A program made the translations under genes and the position numbers. A stretch of DNA of 5,143 nt from a virus, in IMG/VR virus record IMGVR_UViG_3300045988_005035, positions 1-5,143 of that record; one strand, 5' to 3'. The notes under the pieces are model-generated. The model worked only from the letters and a program-made list of their open reading frames with translations, made no database searches and was not told where the DNA came from. Positions 4,681-5,143 of the stretch are shown here, one piece after another; the stretch's first letter is position 1, and each line of letters starts with the position of its first letter.

Positions 4681-5143
4681 TTGAAATTTAAGACTCCCTA
4701 TGATGATATTGAATCCCATGATCATTATGGAAAGGTGTTTAATTTGCCCTCACTTGCTCTACAGGACGAGAAAGAAGAAACGGACATCAATTATATCGTC
4801 AATAAGTATTGCGACGGTCAGAGAGGCGTTTCTACGCTTGATTTAGGCAACACTGATATCTACCAGTATCTTCAGTTTGGTGATGCTACGCTTCCTGGCG
4901 ATTACGAAACTGCCCTTGACCTTGTTTCTGGTGTTCGTGAAGAATTCTACACCTTGCCTTCGAAACTTCGTGCGGAATTCAATCACGACCCTATGGAATT
5001 TGTGCAACGTTTGAACCGTCCTGAAACTTTAAACTTGCTTCAGGAATACGGACTTTATACTCCTGACGTAGTACAAAATTCTATTGTAGAAAAACAAAAT
5101 AATAATGAAAGTAACAATTTAGGAGAAAATGAAGAAAAAAAAT
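4681..5143 (+). CDS. VP3: Internal scaffolding protein VP3. It has a TTG start, is truncated by the window end, and completes across the circular junction at the TAA at 99-101. Full length is 154 aa.
   Basis: A perfect SD AGGAGG at 4668-4673 lies 7 nt before TTG 4681, and an in-frame stop TAG at 4654-4656 lies upstream. My translation is (M)KFKTPYDDIESHDHYGKVFNLPSLALQDEKEETDINYIVNKYCDGQ...GDYETALDLVSGVREEFYTLPSKLRAEFNHDPMEFVQRLNRPETLNLLQEYGLYTP... It matches conserved gokushovirus VP3 blocks: SL..Q....E.DIN.I..K, DY..AL, F..LP...R..F..DP..F, and L...GL. Confidence 0.85.
   Translation, partial: MKFKTPYDDIESHDHYGKVFNLPSLALQDEKEETDINYIVNKYCDGQRGVSTLDLGNTDIYQYLQFGDATLPGDYETALDLVSGVREEFYTLPSKLRAEFNHDPMEFVQRLNRPETLNLLQEYGLYTPDVVQNSIVEKQNNNESNNLGENEEKK
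5045..5143. repeat. Terminal direct repeat, copy 2, identical to 1-99.
   Basis: Direct base-by-base comparison with 1-99. Confidence 0.95.

Noticed and set aside
4592-4684. A 30-aa ATG ORF (MQTKTFSIENVFFCIATPAAFRRLRKEVKL) in the VP5-VP3 intergenic region.
   Set aside because: It runs straight through both arms of the terminator hairpin. It has no properly spaced SD, and its end overlaps the VP3 SD and start. It is much more likely non-coding structure.
338-4725. Seven minus-strand ORFs from the track: 338-979, 1361-1618, 1619-1963, 1991-2587, 2889-3098, 3506-4057 and 4528-4725.
   Set aside because: All lie antisense to well-supported + strand genes or across the terminator hairpin. Their products are low-complexity, Arg/Ile/Asn/Ser/Lys-rich sequences typical of the reverse complement of T-rich codons. 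I found no SD motifs, and Microviridae transcribe a single strand. I treat them as shadow ORFs.
1-5143. I scanned for tRNA, rRNA, CRISPR arrays, transposase or integrase genes, and toxin-antitoxin or defence modules.
   Set aside because: There are no cloverleaf-like structures, no spaced direct-repeat arrays and no ORFs with recombinase-like motifs. The genome is fully accounted for by phage core genes, small ORFs and three structured intergenic gaps.

Overview
The window is a complete, circularly permuted genome of a small ssDNA phage of the family Microviridae, Gokushovirinae-like. Bases 1-99 are identical to bases 5045-5143, so the true circle is 5044 nt and the window ends are an assembly overlap rather than biology. 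All convincing genes are on the + strand, tightly packed and often translationally coupled. In order they are: major capsid VP1 (230-1969), minor capsid/pilot VP2 (1982-2740), a small N-terminal transmembrane protein (2746-2985), a 36-aa arginine-rich J/VP8-like DNA-binding peptide (2985-3095, too short for the ORF track), the HUH rolling-circle replication initiator VP4 (3137-4048), an unknown about 73-90 aa ORF (4049/4100-4321), a VP5-like small nonstructural protein (4299-4577), and the internal scaffolding protein VP3 (TTG start at 4681). VP3 runs off the window end and finishes at the TAA at 99-101 across the circular junction, so it is also absent from the ORF track. Non-coding highlights are a perfect consensus sigma70 promoter (TTGACA-17-TATAAT) built on a tandem decamer plus inverted copy just upstream of VP4, a compound hairpin with T-run terminator after VP5, and a 16-bp perfect (19 of 20 bp extended) stem-loop between VP3 and VP1. 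All minus-strand ORFs look like shadows of the T-rich coding strand. I see no new multi-gene system. The least-described parts are the small accessory ORFs (a lysis candidate and an unknown ORF) and the structured intergenic elements (candidate origin or operator). All family assignments come from recognising motifs by eye; no database search was run.
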